Below are positions 42,856 to 54,189 of a stretch of DNA of 64,000 nucleotides, in pieces. The DNA lies in contig JAUYMN010000008.1 in the NCBI GenBank assembly GCA_030699455.1, forward strand, positions 6,271 through 70,270. The letters are read 5' to 3'. A model generated the notes under the pieces. That model saw only the letters and a program-made list of their open reading frames with translations, did no database searches and had not been told where the DNA came from. Within the stretch, counting starts at the first letter, position 1; each line of letters begins with the position of its first letter. The DNA comes from Nanobdellota archaeon. GTDB taxonomy: Archaea > Nanobdellota > Nanobdellia > SCGC-AAA011-G17 > UBA489. Both the position numbers and the translations under genes were made by a program.

Positions 42856-43670
42856 ACCTTAAGAGAATCATAGTTATTCCCGCCGTTTACCTGTCCTTAG
42901 TTCCCTTGAAAGGGAGTTTGAGATACAGGCACTGGGCAGATGTCACGTTCCATACACATCCTTGCGGACTTGCGAAACGCTACGTTTTTATTAAACAGTC
43001 GGAGCCCCTTGATCTTTGAACCCTGTATCCGCATATTAAATATACAGACGCAGGGACCCTTTATACCGAAGGTACAGGGCTAATCTGTCGAATTCCCTAA
43101 ACTAGTTTAAACCTTCATGCCTTGGCTTTCTCTGCCAGCCCACCAGTGCTGGTTCTTGGTACGGATATATATGATCCTTGCACATTCCCTTTTCACTGAT
43201 TCCAGGCCTCTACCAAACGATCCACAGAACCGCCATTCCTCCTTTAATTCGGGTCTCATCATTACGATACTCACCGAATTTATAGAAGTTAGCAAGTACG
43301 ACGATACTTGTTGGTATAGCCTAAAATGTCAGAAATATGCCTTGCGTTGCCGCGCGTACATATATAGTACAGGAATCTTAACCTGTTTCCCCTTCCCACT
43401 AGACCAATTAGGACTTGGGTTAGGACCGACTTACTCTTCGCTGACGAACATTGCGAAGAAACCCTTGGGCTTTCGGCATTACGGATTCTCACCGTATATA
43501 GATCCTACTACTACCAGGATTCTCATCCCTACACGGTCCACCAATTCTTACGAAAAGGCTTCTGCCCATGCAAGGCGCCTGCCTACCTCACTCCTTACGG
43601 AGGACTATGGTATCGGTAATCCACTTAGCCCCGTCCATTTTCAGGGCACGTGACCTTGAATGGTGAGCTG

Positions 43671-43705
<35 letters not shown>

Positions 43706-44847
43706 TACCTCCCATCTGTCTCGGGTGACATACACCTTTCGCCCTTTAACACTTAGCGGATATTTTGGGACCTTAACCATAGAGGGGGTTGTTCCCCCAT
43801 AGAGACGCAAGTTTACCCCGCGCCCCTTTTTCCCGACTTCTACGATGCCTGCACATTCGGAGTTGAACAAGTGGGCGAGGAGTTTCCTCCCCAAACCCAC
43901 AAATCCGTGGCTCTACCTCACAGGCGACCTCCGTCGAGACTAAACTAAGGCTTATTTCGGCAGGAACCAGCTATTACCGATCTCGATTGGCTTTTCACCC
44001 CTAACCAACAGTCACACGAACGCATGCACACAGCACCGCTTCGGACTTCCACAAACCGTCAGGTTCACTTCATCCTGCTGTAGGTTAGATCGACCGGTTT
44101 CGGGTAACTTCCCTGTGACTTTTGGCGCATTAACACCATGTCCCTGACAAAAAGCTGCGGACAATTGCTTTAGCTATGGGTGCGTGATGATATCACTTAC
44201 CCTTGCCACAGAAAAGAACTCCCTGGCTCGTTATTCGAAACGCACGATACAACCCCGAAAGGCCGTATCTCTCAATAACTATTAGGTTTCAGGCTCTTTT
44301 GACTCCCTGTAATGGGTTCTTTTCAACGTTCCATCACTGTACTATACTCTATCGGACTTGGGTTATATTTAGAGTTAGGAGTTGATGCCTCCCAGATTCA
44401 GACGCAATTTCCAATGCATCCTACTCAGGATACTTGTACATCTTTTGTTCTACTTCTACGGGACTATCACCCTCTATGGTACTGCTTTCCAGCAGACTTT
44501 GAATCAAACAAATAAGACTAAAAACAAGTCCTGCAACACCACATCTCTTAACCATTTCTGGTAAGATTCAGTTTGCTCTCTGCTGTGTTCAATCGCCTTT
44601 ACTGACAGCATCTCAATTGATTTCTTTTCCTCCAGGTACTGTAACGCTTTACTTCCCTGGGTGAGTTTTCCTTTCGGAATGTCATAAGACAAGAAGTCTC
44701 ATTCAGGAATCTATGGTTCAATGGCTGCATGCGCCTCGCCATAGCATTTCGTAGCTTGCCACGCCCTTCATCACTACCCAAGCCAAGTCATCCACCTAAT
44801 AGTGTAATAGGTCTATTTACTTCTTTCATACTATAATTATATGAAAA

Positions 44848-44866
44848 CCTTGACTTCCGCCTATGC
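44848..44866 (-). other. 5' half of pre-23S processing stem
   Basis: Complement of 41190-41208. Confidence 0.55.
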
Positions 44867-45470
44867 ATTGTAAATATGAATTGGCTGTAGTGCAACCTTT
44901 CCAATAAATACACTTCACCCAAAAGCTTGGATATCTGCTTTAGAGCTGCATCTTGATATACTCAATGGCAATTGCTTCAGAAGCTGTGAAGATAACATCA
45001 ACAACATAGCTAAAGAATTGACCACATCATTGAAACGATATCATAACCTAGCTTTGAGAAATTTAGGTTTAAAAAGATTTTGGTTGTTTTTAGAGTGAAT
45101 ACTCATGGCATTTATGGTATACATTTGTGGATTTTCTTCATAACTTTTTGTTGCTCTCAGTAAATTTCTTTTTGAAACCAACTCTGGATTTGTTAGTGCC
45201 TCTGTAAAAAGGATTTTAAAATCCAAAAATCTTATTTTTTATTAGTTGTTTAATCCAGCTCTTGCTATGAAGTCGAGCTTATTTTTCTGGCTTATTCCTC
45301 TCACCCCATTAGTCTAGTCTGCATAAATTACAGCTTCTCTTATCTTAGAATATTTCTCTTTAAAATTTCCGATTTAAGTAAAAAACCATAAACAGATACA
45401 CCAAGCATTAAGGTAACTAACCCCCAATTATCACTTTTTGTCATATTAAAGATTAAAAAAGTGGGCGTGT

Positions 45471-45806
45471 TTAAACACACGCACCCATGAAACAAGATGT
45501 TCCGTTTATTGCTGTGCAGTTCTCACTTACTAGCGCTGCATATCCTGCTGGATAGCCTGCATTTTCACTGCATGCATATTCCCCAATTGTTATGTTATCA
45601 AAACAGGTATCAAATTTTGTCAATGTTACATTTGTTCCATTATTATCAAATGTAAATGTTATATTTCCTGCCGTGAAGAAATTCAATCCACCATCAGATT
45701 CAGTGCAACTGCTAACAGGGACATATGTAACTAACGTCCATGAATATACCCCAACAGCCAAAATAGCCATTGTTAAAACTAAACTTAAAATTAATTTTTT
45801 ATTCAT
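45471..45806 (-). CDS. small secreted Cys-containing protein, hypothetical
   Basis: Signal/TM segment, SCTESDGG...EYAC...GAC pattern and several NxT sequons. Confidence 0.45.
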   Translation of the reverse strand: MNKKLILSLVLTMAILAVGVYSWTLVTYVPVSSCTESDGGLNFFTAGNITFTFDNNGTNVTLTKFDTCFDNITIGEYACSENAGYPAGYAALVSENCTAINGTSCFMGACV

Positions 45807-45938
45807 TTATTACTGCCTCCATTTAATAAATTAAGCGTAAACCTTTAGGTCAACGTTATGTTACTTATATTTTTGTTTCGTTTAAATATATTTACTGTTT
45901 TGAGTATATTTGTTAAGTTAAGAGAAAAGACATTAATA

Positions 45939-46012
45939 TGGACCCGTCGGGATTCGAACCCGAGGCCTCCTGCTTGCAAGGCAGGCGTTCTACCAGGCTG
46001 AACTACAGGCCC
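45939..46012 (-). tRNA. tRNA-Ala (anticodon UGC)
   Basis: 74-nt cloverleaf GGGCCTG/TA/GTTC-AGCCTGGTA-GAAC/G/CCTGC-CTTGCAA-GCAGG/AGGCC/TCGGG-TTCGAAT-CCCGA/CGGGTCC/A. G3:U70 identity pair present. CCA not encoded. Confidence 0.9.
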
Positions 46013-46400
46013 ATGATTAAATTAGGTCAATGTTCTATTTTTAAATCTTTATTTTTATAAAATCCCACTTAAATCTTTTCCATGGCATATTAATATCTGC
46101 CACACATTATTAATCGCATTATGGCGTTTGAAGTATATGGTCAATAACCACCGGTCACATACCAATGGCATGAATCAGTAAGTAATTAATTTTAGTTGTA
46201 CTATTCCATTTACAGCATACTTCTGTTTCATAACATAATTTCTCATAAACTCCTTATTATTTCCTATGCTATCCATGTATGTTGCTGGACTCCACAATCC
46301 GCTTCCCAAAAAATATCTTTCCTTCAGCCACTATTCAGAGACTAGTAAAAATCGAAGGAATTATAAATAAATGAAATCACGCATACCATAAAAGGGGAAG

Positions 46401-46670
46401 ATGAAAAATAATAATTATCTAAAAAGAAGATTAATTAGCCATAAAAAATTAGCACAGGAAAGAACAATTTTGGCTAATGAACGAAATACTCTTGCCTATG
46501 TTAGAACTGGTTTTGGCTCCTTTGTTTTAGGTATTGCTTTAATAAAACTGTTTGAAGAACATATGAACTATGTTTATGCAGGATATACTGCACTTTTTGT
46601 CGGGATAATATTAATTCTTTTGGGGATTAGCTTTTATCCTTTAAGAAAAAAGAAAATATTATCATACTGA
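46401..46670 (+). CDS. DUF202 (YidH-like) membrane protein
   Basis: LANERNTLAYVRTG followed by two TMs. Confidence 0.7.
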   Translation: MKNNNYLKRRLISHKKLAQERTILANERNTLAYVRTGFGSFVLGIALIKLFEEHMNYVYAGYTALFVGIILILLGISFYPLRKKKILSY

Positions 46671-46777
46671 TTTATTAGTATAAGCAATTCCTCAACCAAA
46701 ATATAGACACAGCAACTCTTCAGCAAAAATAATTAAAATGAATCAAGATAAATTAAGATTGATTTTATGCTAAAATA

Positions 46778-47851
46778 TCATTCAGAAACCATGCCATCTA
46801 AAGTTGTTATTAAAGCCTTAGCCATCTCCTTCTGGTTAAAATCATCGGACAAAAGCATAACTCTTCTCCCATATGGCAATGCCTTATTTGCTAGCACATC
46901 TCTTAATAACAGATTATCTTCTTTTCTTGCAAGATTGTACCAGTACATAAATAATTCATTCTCTCTGGAAGCATCATGAATTGGCTCTGTTTCCAGGCTT
47001 AGGACAAGATTCTTAATACGCATTTGTTCCATTGACATATCATCGCTGTCTATAAGTCCATTTTTATCTGCACCCATAAATTTTACACGCCTTGATTCAA
47101 TAATTTGTTTGTTGACAGCTGCAAAATCAAATGCCTCAAAAGAAGCATTAAATAATTTAACATATTCATTATTCTCAGGGTTAAGAATTTCCTCAACACT
47201 ATTAATAAAATTATGAGCCTCTTCCTGACCTTTTTCTTTTTTCAGCGAAACAACTCTCTTGCCCATAGGATTGTCCAAAAATACAGCAGTATCCATCAAA
47301 GTTATTGCACTGTCCATCATATTTGATAATGCTCCAAATCTCATTCTTTCACCAAGTCTTGCTCTAATTAGTCTTTTTTCTCTGTCAGTTACTCCATAAG
47401 TTACACCATCATATGTGAATGAGTAGGGCTTACTGTCCATTACTCCAGCCAGACGGACAGACTTATCAAACAAATCAGGCAATGTAATCCTGGATTCGGC
47501 TAGAACATTATCATGTATCAGCTTGTTTAATGTATATGCTTCAACTCTAAATCTGCGGTCAGTAAACATATCTCCGACTATTTGATTGCTTAATTGTTGT
47601 CTTAATGAATATTTTCCAGCCTCAAAGTTTCCCCACGGAGTCTCATTTCCTGAGCCGGATGACAAAAAAGAAGTGTAGCCTCTTTCAGTCGCATATTCTA
47701 AAGCATCAGATTTTTTATGCTGAAGCCTGCCATTAAGTTGTATTACAGACTCATAATCAGCATGTGCATTTTTTACAAATGGTATCCCACTAGCCACAGC
47801 TACTCCAGCAATAATTGCCACCTTTTCCAGAAACTCCCTCCTTGAATGCAT
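46778..47851 (-). CDS. Tat-signal-bearing secreted protein, hypothetical
   Basis: MHSRREFLEKVAIIAGVAVASG contains the twin-arginine motif SRREFL. Start trimmed to 47851. Confidence 0.5.
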   Translation of the reverse strand: MHSRREFLEKVAIIAGVAVASGIPFVKNAHADYESVIQLNGRLQHKKSDALEYATERGYTSFLSSGSGNETPWGNFEAGKYSLRQQLSNQIVGDMFTDRRFRVEAYTLNKLIHDNVLAESRITLPDLFDKSVRLAGVMDSKPYSFTYDGVTYGVTDREKRLIRARLGERMRFGALSNMMDSAITLMDTAVFLDNPMGKRVVSLKKEKGQEEAHNFINSVEEILNPENNEYVKLFNASFEAFDFAAVNKQIIESRRVKFMGADKNGLIDSDDMSMEQMRIKNLVLSLETEPIHDASRENELFMYWYNLARKEDNLLLRDVLANKALPYGRRVMLLSDDFNQKEMAKALITTLDGMVSE

Positions 47852-48091
47852 TTTTCCAAATAAAATTTTGTGTGTTTTTCTGGAGCATAGGTTATATAAA
47901 TATCTTTTGTAATGATAAGTCATAGAGCAGAATAGTTTACTACATAACAAAGTCATTGAACAGTAAAATTAATCTCGTGGATTTTTTCGATACCAATATT
48001 TTACTTTATCTCCCACTACAATCTTAGATCCAACACACAGCCAAATCATATCATCCAAAGATTTAAAACTATAACAAGTCCACACAAAATC

Positions 48092-48295
48092 ATGAAGATA
48101 AAAGCATTCATAGAAAGAGAAAAAAGAACAGTGGAAACATCCATAAATAACCCTACAATTAAGTCATTATTAGAAGAACTGAAAATAAACCCTGTAACTG
48201 TTATAGTAACAATAAATGGTGAAGTTTGCACCGAAGAGGAGAAAATATGTTCAAAAGACAAGGTAAATATACTATCGGTTGTTTCTGGAGGATAA
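48092..48295 (+). CDS. ubiquitin-like small protein (ThiS/MoaD/SAMP family)
   Basis: 67 aa ending ...VVSGG-stop. Confidence 0.7.
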   Translation: MKIKAFIEREKRTVETSINNPTIKSLLEELKINPVTVIVTINGEVCTEEEKICSKDKVNILSVVSGG

Positions 48296-49178
48296 ATTGA
48301 ACACAGTTTACATAGACCAGAGTAAAAAGAAATACAGCAAATCCCAATTCATAAAATATTTTGAAGCAAAAGTTATGAGGACAATTAGAAAGTATGATAT
48401 GCTTGGCAAAGATAAGATAATAGTGGCTATATCGGGCGGAAAAGACTCTTTAACAACAGCCCATATTCTTAACAAGATACTTTCAAAACAAGGGAGGATA
48501 TTAGAGGCTATTCTAATAGATGAAGGGATAGAAGGGTATAGAAAGCCAACAATAGAGGATGCAAAGAGATTCTGTAAAAAGGAGAGTATCAAGCTGCACA
48601 TAATATCAACAAAGAAGGAATTCAAATTTGGGGTTGATGAAGCATTAAAAAAACTAAGAATAAATCCATGCACTATATGTGGTACAATGAGAAGGTATCT
48701 GCTTAATAAGTATGCCAGAAAATTAAAAGCAGATAAAATTGCAACAGGGCACAATCTTGATGATGAAGCACAAACAATAATGATGAACCAGTACAAGGGA
48801 AACATTCAGTTATCAGCAAAACTCGGCCCGGTCACAGGGGCAATAGAAAATAAAAAATTTATAAAAAGAATAAAGCCATTATATTTTGTAACAGAAAAAG
48901 AGGTTACTATTTATACAACATTAAAGAATTTTGGCGTAAGCTACAATGAATGCCCAAATTCAAAAGATAATTTTAGATCATTAGTAAGAGACCAGCTGAA
49001 TGAATTAGAAAATAGGTATCCTGGAGTAAAAAGCGGAATAATTAATTCGTTCTTAGAACAGCTGCCTAGCCTGAGAAATGCACCAAAAAATAAGATAGTA
49101 GAATGTAAATCTTGTCGGGAGCCATCATCAAGGCAGGTGTGTTCAATGTGCGAACTGCTGGAAAAATACAGAAAATGA
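48279..49178 (+). CDS. ncsA: tRNA 2-thiolation PP-loop ATPase (NcsA/TtuA family)
   Basis: SGGKDS PP-loop, CTICGTMRR, and a C-terminal CKSC...CSMC. Apparent TTG start overlaps the SAMP-like gene by 17 nt. Confidence 0.85.
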   Translation: MFLEDKLNTVYIDQSKKKYSKSQFIKYFEAKVMRTIRKYDMLGKDKIIVAISGGKDSLTTAHILNKILSKQGRILEAILIDEGIEGYRKPTIEDAKRFCKKESIKLHIISTKKEFKFGVDEALKKLRINPCTICGTMRRYLLNKYARKLKADKIATGHNLDDEAQTIMMNQYKGNIQLSAKLGPVTGAIENKKFIKRIKPLYFVTEKEVTIYTTLKNFGVSYNECPNSKDNFRSLVRDQLNELENRYPGVKSGIINSFLEQLPSLRNAPKNKIVECKSCREPSSRQVCSMCELLEKYRK

Positions 49179-49273
49179 TGCAACCATTGTCAAGAGAAGA
49201 GCTTGTATTGCATGGTGAATGTTGTGGCAACTGTTGTCTAAACTGCCCATACACTCCAAAACATCAAAAAGGT

Positions 49274-49696
49274 TCAAAAGTTATTGATACGGCCGAGCCT
49301 AAGCTTTGATGACTTATACACATCTGGTTTAAGACCGTTTGGAAGTCTAATCATCTCAATATTTAATCCTCTTTTAGATAATATATCTTTAATATTTTTA
49401 GTGAATGCATTTTGATCATATCCAAAAACTATTACATCTGGATTTATCTCTTCAATAATTCTGTACTTATCATCTTCATAGCCTAGATAAGCACCATCAA
49501 CATACTTAAGGGATTTTATATTATCAAGCCTTTTTGCCTCATCATTTAGTGGCTTTTTCCCCTTTACTTCATAGACAGTCTTATCTCTGGCAACAACAAC
49601 ATATAGCATACTGCCATGCTTCTTAGCTTCTTTCAGATAATGTTCATGTCCTAGATGAAGCACGTCAAAAGTTCCAAAAGTTAATACTTTTTTCAT
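49274..49696 (-). CDS. ribL: FAD synthase, cytidylyltransferase-like (RibL type)
   Basis: FGTFDVLHLGH nucleotidyltransferase motif. Start trimmed to MKKVLTF. Confidence 0.8.
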   Translation of the reverse strand: MKKVLTFGTFDVLHLGHEHYLKEAKKHGSMLYVVVARDKTVYEVKGKKPLNDEAKRLDNIKSLKYVDGAYLGYEDDKYRIIEEINPDVIVFGYDQNAFTKNIKDILSKRGLNIEMIRLPNGLKPDVYKSSKLRLGRINNF

Positions 49697-49746
49697 AAAC
49701 GGCAAAAAACTATACTGCTTATAAACTTTATTCATAACAGCAAAAT

Positions 49747-50238
49747 ATGGATGATTATTACAATAAAACAGCTTTATCCTATAATGAACTGCATAGAGAA
49801 GAGCAGGTAGCAAAAGCAAAAATAATCCTCAATGAAATATTAAAGAAAAAATCAAACGGGATTTTGTTGGATATTGGCGGAGGAACTGGAATCTCTACAG
49901 AAATATTCACAAAAAACTTTGAATGTGTCTTAGTTGATCCATCTGAAAGATTATTAGAACAGGCACCTTCTAACATAGTAAAGATACTGGCAGAAGCAGA
50001 AGAGTTGCCTTTCACAAACAAAAAATTTGATGTAATAATATCAATAACAGCGCTCCATCATGCAGATCTAGAAAAGTCATTAAAGGAAATAAAGAGGGTT
50101 TCAAAAGAAAATACATTAGTTGCCATCACCTTCTTAAAAAAATCAAAAAAATTAGAAGAGTTTAGAAGATTATTCAAAAAAATTTACAATTCAAGAGAAA
50201 TAGAAGAATCAAAAGACATTATCTTTTTCAACTTTTAA
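49747..50238 (+). CDS. class I SAM-dependent methyltransferase
   Basis: LLDIGGGTGIST and DVIISITALHH. Confidence 0.75.
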   Translation: MDDYYNKTALSYNELHREEQVAKAKIILNEILKKKSNGILLDIGGGTGISTEIFTKNFECVLVDPSERLLEQAPSNIVKILAEAEELPFTNKKFDVIISITALHHADLEKSLKEIKRVSKENTLVAITFLKKSKKLEEFRRLFKKIYNSREIEESKDIIFFNF

Positions 50239-50399
50239 AACAGAGGATTTATATATTTCTGTAAATTTGATTTTTATGTGATATGAATGTCGCTCTATGA
50301 TGCAATCATCCTGCCATAAGTGCAACATGTCCTTAAGACATAATAACTCATCTATGTGCATAATTTAAAGATTAGCAAAAATTAACCGGTATAAAATGT

Positions 50400-52193
50400 G
50401 TGCCAAAAATGGAAAGACCAAATAAGGAAAATATCAATTTCAGGTACAATTTAAAGGCATATCTGAGTTTTTTAAAGAGATATAAGCTACTGTTCATATC
50501 TGTCTTGCTCCTTGTGTTATACATAGAGGCAGGCCATGCAATAGTAAAATTTTTCTTTAAGATCGTAGTAGACAGGGGCGGAGAATTTTTTGCAGGAGCA
50601 ATTTCAAAATCTGCATTCGTAAAGATTGTGTCTTTAGTGGGTTTTGCATATTTGTTAGTAATAATATTAAGCTCTGTGGCAAGTTTTTTTAGCCAATATC
50701 TTCTAACCAAATTAGAAACAGGAATTATATACGACCTGAAAAAAAAATATTTTAATCATGTGATTCACCTTTCGCATAACTTTCACACTACACACAGAAC
50801 TGGAACAATGATATCAAGGTTGATAAGGGGGGGAAAGGCTATGGAAGGGTTCACAGATGTAATCGTATTTAATTTTTCACCCTTAGTGATACAGCTTTTT
50901 ATTGTCAGTGGTGCATTACTGCTTATCAGCTGGGTGCCTGCACTAATATCACTGCTTACAGTCATATCATTTCTGACATTTAGTTTTTTGATGCAGTCTA
51001 TACAGAAGAAATCAAATATTGAGGCAGTAATGCAGGATGATTTTGAAAAAGGCAATATATCAGACATTTTTACAAATATTGATTCAATAAAATATTTTGG
51101 CAAGGAAAATTTCATAAAAAGAAAGTTTGATGCAATATCAAATAAAACAAAAGAAAAATTCAGAATTCATTGGAATTATCATAATTGGGTATCAGCAGGC
51201 CAAAGCCTGATTCTGAGCATAGGCTTAATTGCAGCCATATACTTTCCAATGGTAGACTTAATAAATGGAAGCCTGACGCTCGGAGAATTTGTGTTCATAT
51301 ACACCATCTATGGAAATTTGATCGGCCCAATGTTTTCATTTGTGCACGGAATTAGAAATTATTACAGGCTGATGGCCGATTTTGAGGCATTGTTTGAGTA
51401 TGGGAAGATAGAAAATGAGATTAAAGACGCAAAAGATGCAAAAAATCTAGAGATAGGGCATGGAAATATTGAATTTAATAATATATCATTTAAATATCTC
51501 AAGAGGGGCATATTCTCAAGCTTTAATTTAAAAATAAACAAAAATGAAAAAGTTGCATTAGTGGGACATTCAGGATGTGGCAAGTCAACTTTAATAAAAT
51601 TATTATATCGCCTTTATGACATTGAATCAGGAGAGATATTAATTGACAATAAAAACATCATGGATGTAAAGCAGGAATCATTGCGTTCAGAACTAAGTAT
51701 TGTTCCCCAGGAGTGTGTTCTGTTTGATGACACCATTTACAACAACATAAAATTTTCAAATCCTAAAGCATCAAGAAAACAGGTATTAAATGCCATTAAA
51801 TTTGCCCAGCTGGATTATGTAATTAAAGAAATGCCTAACAAAGAAAACACTATTGTTGGTGAAAGGGGTGTGAGATTATCAGGAGGAGAGAAACAGCGCG
51901 TATCAATAGCAAGGGCTGTTCTGGCAAATAAGAAAATACTTGTGTTGGATGAAGCAACATCTTCTCTGGATTCAAAGACAGAGTATGAAATACAAAAGGA
52001 TTTAAAAAAGTTAATGAAAAATCGCACTTCAATCATAATAGCTCACAGGCTATCGACAATAATGCATGCTGATAAGATAGTTGTAATGTCAAAAGGAAAA
52101 ATAGTACAGATTGGCAGTCACAAAGACCTGATAAACAAAAAAGGGGAATACAAAAAGCTATGGAATCTCCAGAAGGGTGGTTATATCAAATAA
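50400..52193 (+). CDS. ABC exporter, fused permease/ATPase
   Basis: Six N-terminal TMs, Walker A GHSGCGKST, signature LSGGEKQR and Walker B ILVLDEATS. Confidence 0.9.
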   Translation: MPKMERPNKENINFRYNLKAYLSFLKRYKLLFISVLLLVLYIEAGHAIVKFFFKIVVDRGGEFFAGAISKSAFVKIVSLVGFAYLLVIILSSVASFFSQYLLTKLETGIIYDLKKKYFNHVIHLSHNFHTTHRTGTMISRLIRGGKAMEGFTDVIVFNFSPLVIQLFIVSGALLLISWVPALISLLTVISFLTFSFLMQSIQKKSNIEAVMQDDFEKGNISDIFTNIDSIKYFGKENFIKRKFDAISNKTKEKFRIHWNYHNWVSAGQSLILSIGLIAAIYFPMVDLINGSLTLGEFVFIYTIYGNLIGPMFSFVHGIRNYYRLMADFEALFEYGKIENEIKDAKDAKNLEIGHGNIEFNNISFKYLKRGIFSSFNLKINKNEKVALVGHSGCGKSTLIKLLYRLYDIESGEILIDNKNIMDVKQESLRSELSIVPQECVLFDDTIYNNIKFSNPKASRKQVLNAIKFAQLDYVIKEMPNKENTIVGERGVRLSGGEKQRVSIARAVLANKKILVLDEATSSLDSKTEYEIQKDLKKLMKNRTSIIIAHRLSTIMHADKIVVMSKGKIVQIGSHKDLINKKGEYKKLWNLQKGGYIK

Positions 52194-54155
52194 TCAAATG
52201 TCAAAAAAGCCAAACATATTTCCTGTGTTTCCCCCATCATCCTTTTTCTTTTTATCATCTTTTTTCTCGCCCCTTACTTCATCTTTGCTGTCTTCCCTAA
52301 CCCATTCAGCTTTAACACCAGAATAAACATTGCTAATGTCCAAATCTTCATTGATATGCTCTAAATTTTTTCTCTCACCTTTATTTACAAAGCTGAAAAA
52401 TGTTCCGTCATTTCTGTCAGCCTTTTTCCTCTCACCAAATGAAGCGACTCTTGTCATATAATCATTATATTTTCTTACATGGTCTTTGTCATCTTTTACC
52501 CTGTTAATTGAGGCTCCACCGTATTCCCCATGCTTTCTATTTGGATGTACAACGCGATTATGTTTGATTGTGCGGTTAATTTTAAATTTTTTCCTGTTTT
52601 TAGCATATATGTAACCAAGCAGAATGATTATTAATGCAATCAGTATATAGATAAGCCATTTGTAGCCTATGTTTGCATCTCCAATAACAGGAACATCTTC
52701 AAAAACATTGTCATTTACTGTTACCATATAACTTCCCGTAACAACTTCTTTCCCAATATCAATTCTTGTTTCCTGTCCAATACCTAGATTTATTTTTTTG
52801 GATATACTAAAATCACTTTCAATACCATCAGCATCAACCTGCAGAGAGCCCTCATATGGCACATTACCAACATTTGTTACAACCAATACCTGTCCATCCA
52901 TTTTGTAGTCAAGTTTGACAACCTTTCCGACAGAAAAAATCTTCTCCCCATCGATGGTATCATAGCGTGCAGTCATGAAATAATTTCCAGGCACAACATC
53001 CTCGGCGATATTAACTTCAAATTGTTCACCTGATTTTTTGACATTGTTATAGAAAACATCGCCTTTATCATTGATAACCTTAACAACTAAATCCTCCTCG
53101 ATTATGTCTCCTGCCTGATCATTTAAGAAAGCCTTTACCAATATCTTTCCACCAGGATTAATTGACTCAGCATCCATTACCACAGTTATTTTTGAAGGTA
53201 TGGCATCAACAATAATAGAAAATCCATAAGTCCCATAATTTCCACTCTCATCCTCAACTCTTATGTTTATGTTATGTTTTCCGCTTGTAATAGTATTCAA
53301 AAGATAAAATGAAAAATCAAAATCACCACCACGAACATCTGTCTCATATTTCTGGTCATCAAAAGTAAGATAAGCCATTCCTTTCTTTAATTTGCCGTCA
53401 AAGGTACTTGAAGTTCCTGTAACTTTAATTTTTTCTTTTGGAAAATAGTGCACTTTGGAAGAATGAGCATTAACTTCAATTTTATTGACTAGTAAAAATT
53501 TTCCGGCAGTTACTATTAGATTGTTGCCAAAGTTATCCATTACATTTACATTCACGGAATACTCCCCCCCTGGCAAGTCGTTTGTGACAATATCATAATC
53601 AAGAACACCATTTTTTATCCCAACATTATTAGTAAAATAAGATTCACCATCTTTTTTCAAATCTATAATTGCAAAACCTTCCAACGTGCCACCATTCTGT
53701 TTAAACACTGTTCCAGCAACATTTACTTTTTCTCCAGCCCTAACAGTATCTTCATTTAAAGAAAAACTGCCAACAAGAACTTTAGTGACTTCAAACAAAG
53801 AAGAAGTCTTGCTCTCTAAGACATTTCCATCACTTTCAAGCAGCACTTTTACAGAGCATGTTTCTTCATTAGGCGTTGTAACTGCAAACATCTCCAAAAA
53901 ATCCTTTTTTATTCCAGCCTTAAGACTTATAGTTTTTGTGCTTAGTATACTGCTGTAAGCTGTGCACTTCAGTTCAAATTTCAGCAATCCCAAAACATCA
54001 TCCCCTCTTAAAACATAACCGCTAAGGGATATATCATCACCAACGTTGACTTTTGCCTGGTTTGGCCCATTGACAATAAGCTCGGCATTAACAAAAGTAA
54101 AAGAAAAGACCATAACTAGAATAAATCCAGCAACACCCCTATATAATCCCCTCAT
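52194..54155 (-). CDS. large surface protein with repeated beta-rich domains, C-terminal TM and K/D-rich tail
   Basis: Signal peptide, about 500 aa of Ig-like repetitive sequence, TM LIYILIALIIILLGYIY, and a charged tail. Confidence 0.55.
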   Translation of the reverse strand: MRGLYRGVAGFILVMVFSFTFVNAELIVNGPNQAKVNVGDDISLSGYVLRGDDVLGLLKFELKCTAYSSILSTKTISLKAGIKKDFLEMFAVTTPNEETCSVKVLLESDGNVLESKTSSLFEVTKVLVGSFSLNEDTVRAGEKVNVAGTVFKQNGGTLEGFAIIDLKKDGESYFTNNVGIKNGVLDYDIVTNDLPGGEYSVNVNVMDNFGNNLIVTAGKFLLVNKIEVNAHSSKVHYFPKEKIKVTGTSSTFDGKLKKGMAYLTFDDQKYETDVRGGDFDFSFYLLNTITSGKHNINIRVEDESGNYGTYGFSIIVDAIPSKITVVMDAESINPGGKILVKAFLNDQAGDIIEEDLVVKVINDKGDVFYNNVKKSGEQFEVNIAEDVVPGNYFMTARYDTIDGEKIFSVGKVVKLDYKMDGQVLVVTNVGNVPYEGSLQVDADGIESDFSISKKINLGIGQETRIDIGKEVVTGSYMVTVNDNVFEDVPVIGDANIGYKWLIYILIALIIILLGYIYAKNRKKFKINRTIKHNRVVHPNRKHGEYGGASINRVKDDKDHVRKYNDYMTRVASFGERKKADRNDGTFFSFVNKGERKNLEHINEDLDISNVYSGVKAEWVREDSKDEVRGEKKDDKKKKDDGGNTGNMFGFFDI

Positions 54156-54189
54156 GTAAAAAACAAGATATTAGAATTTATAATGGTTT

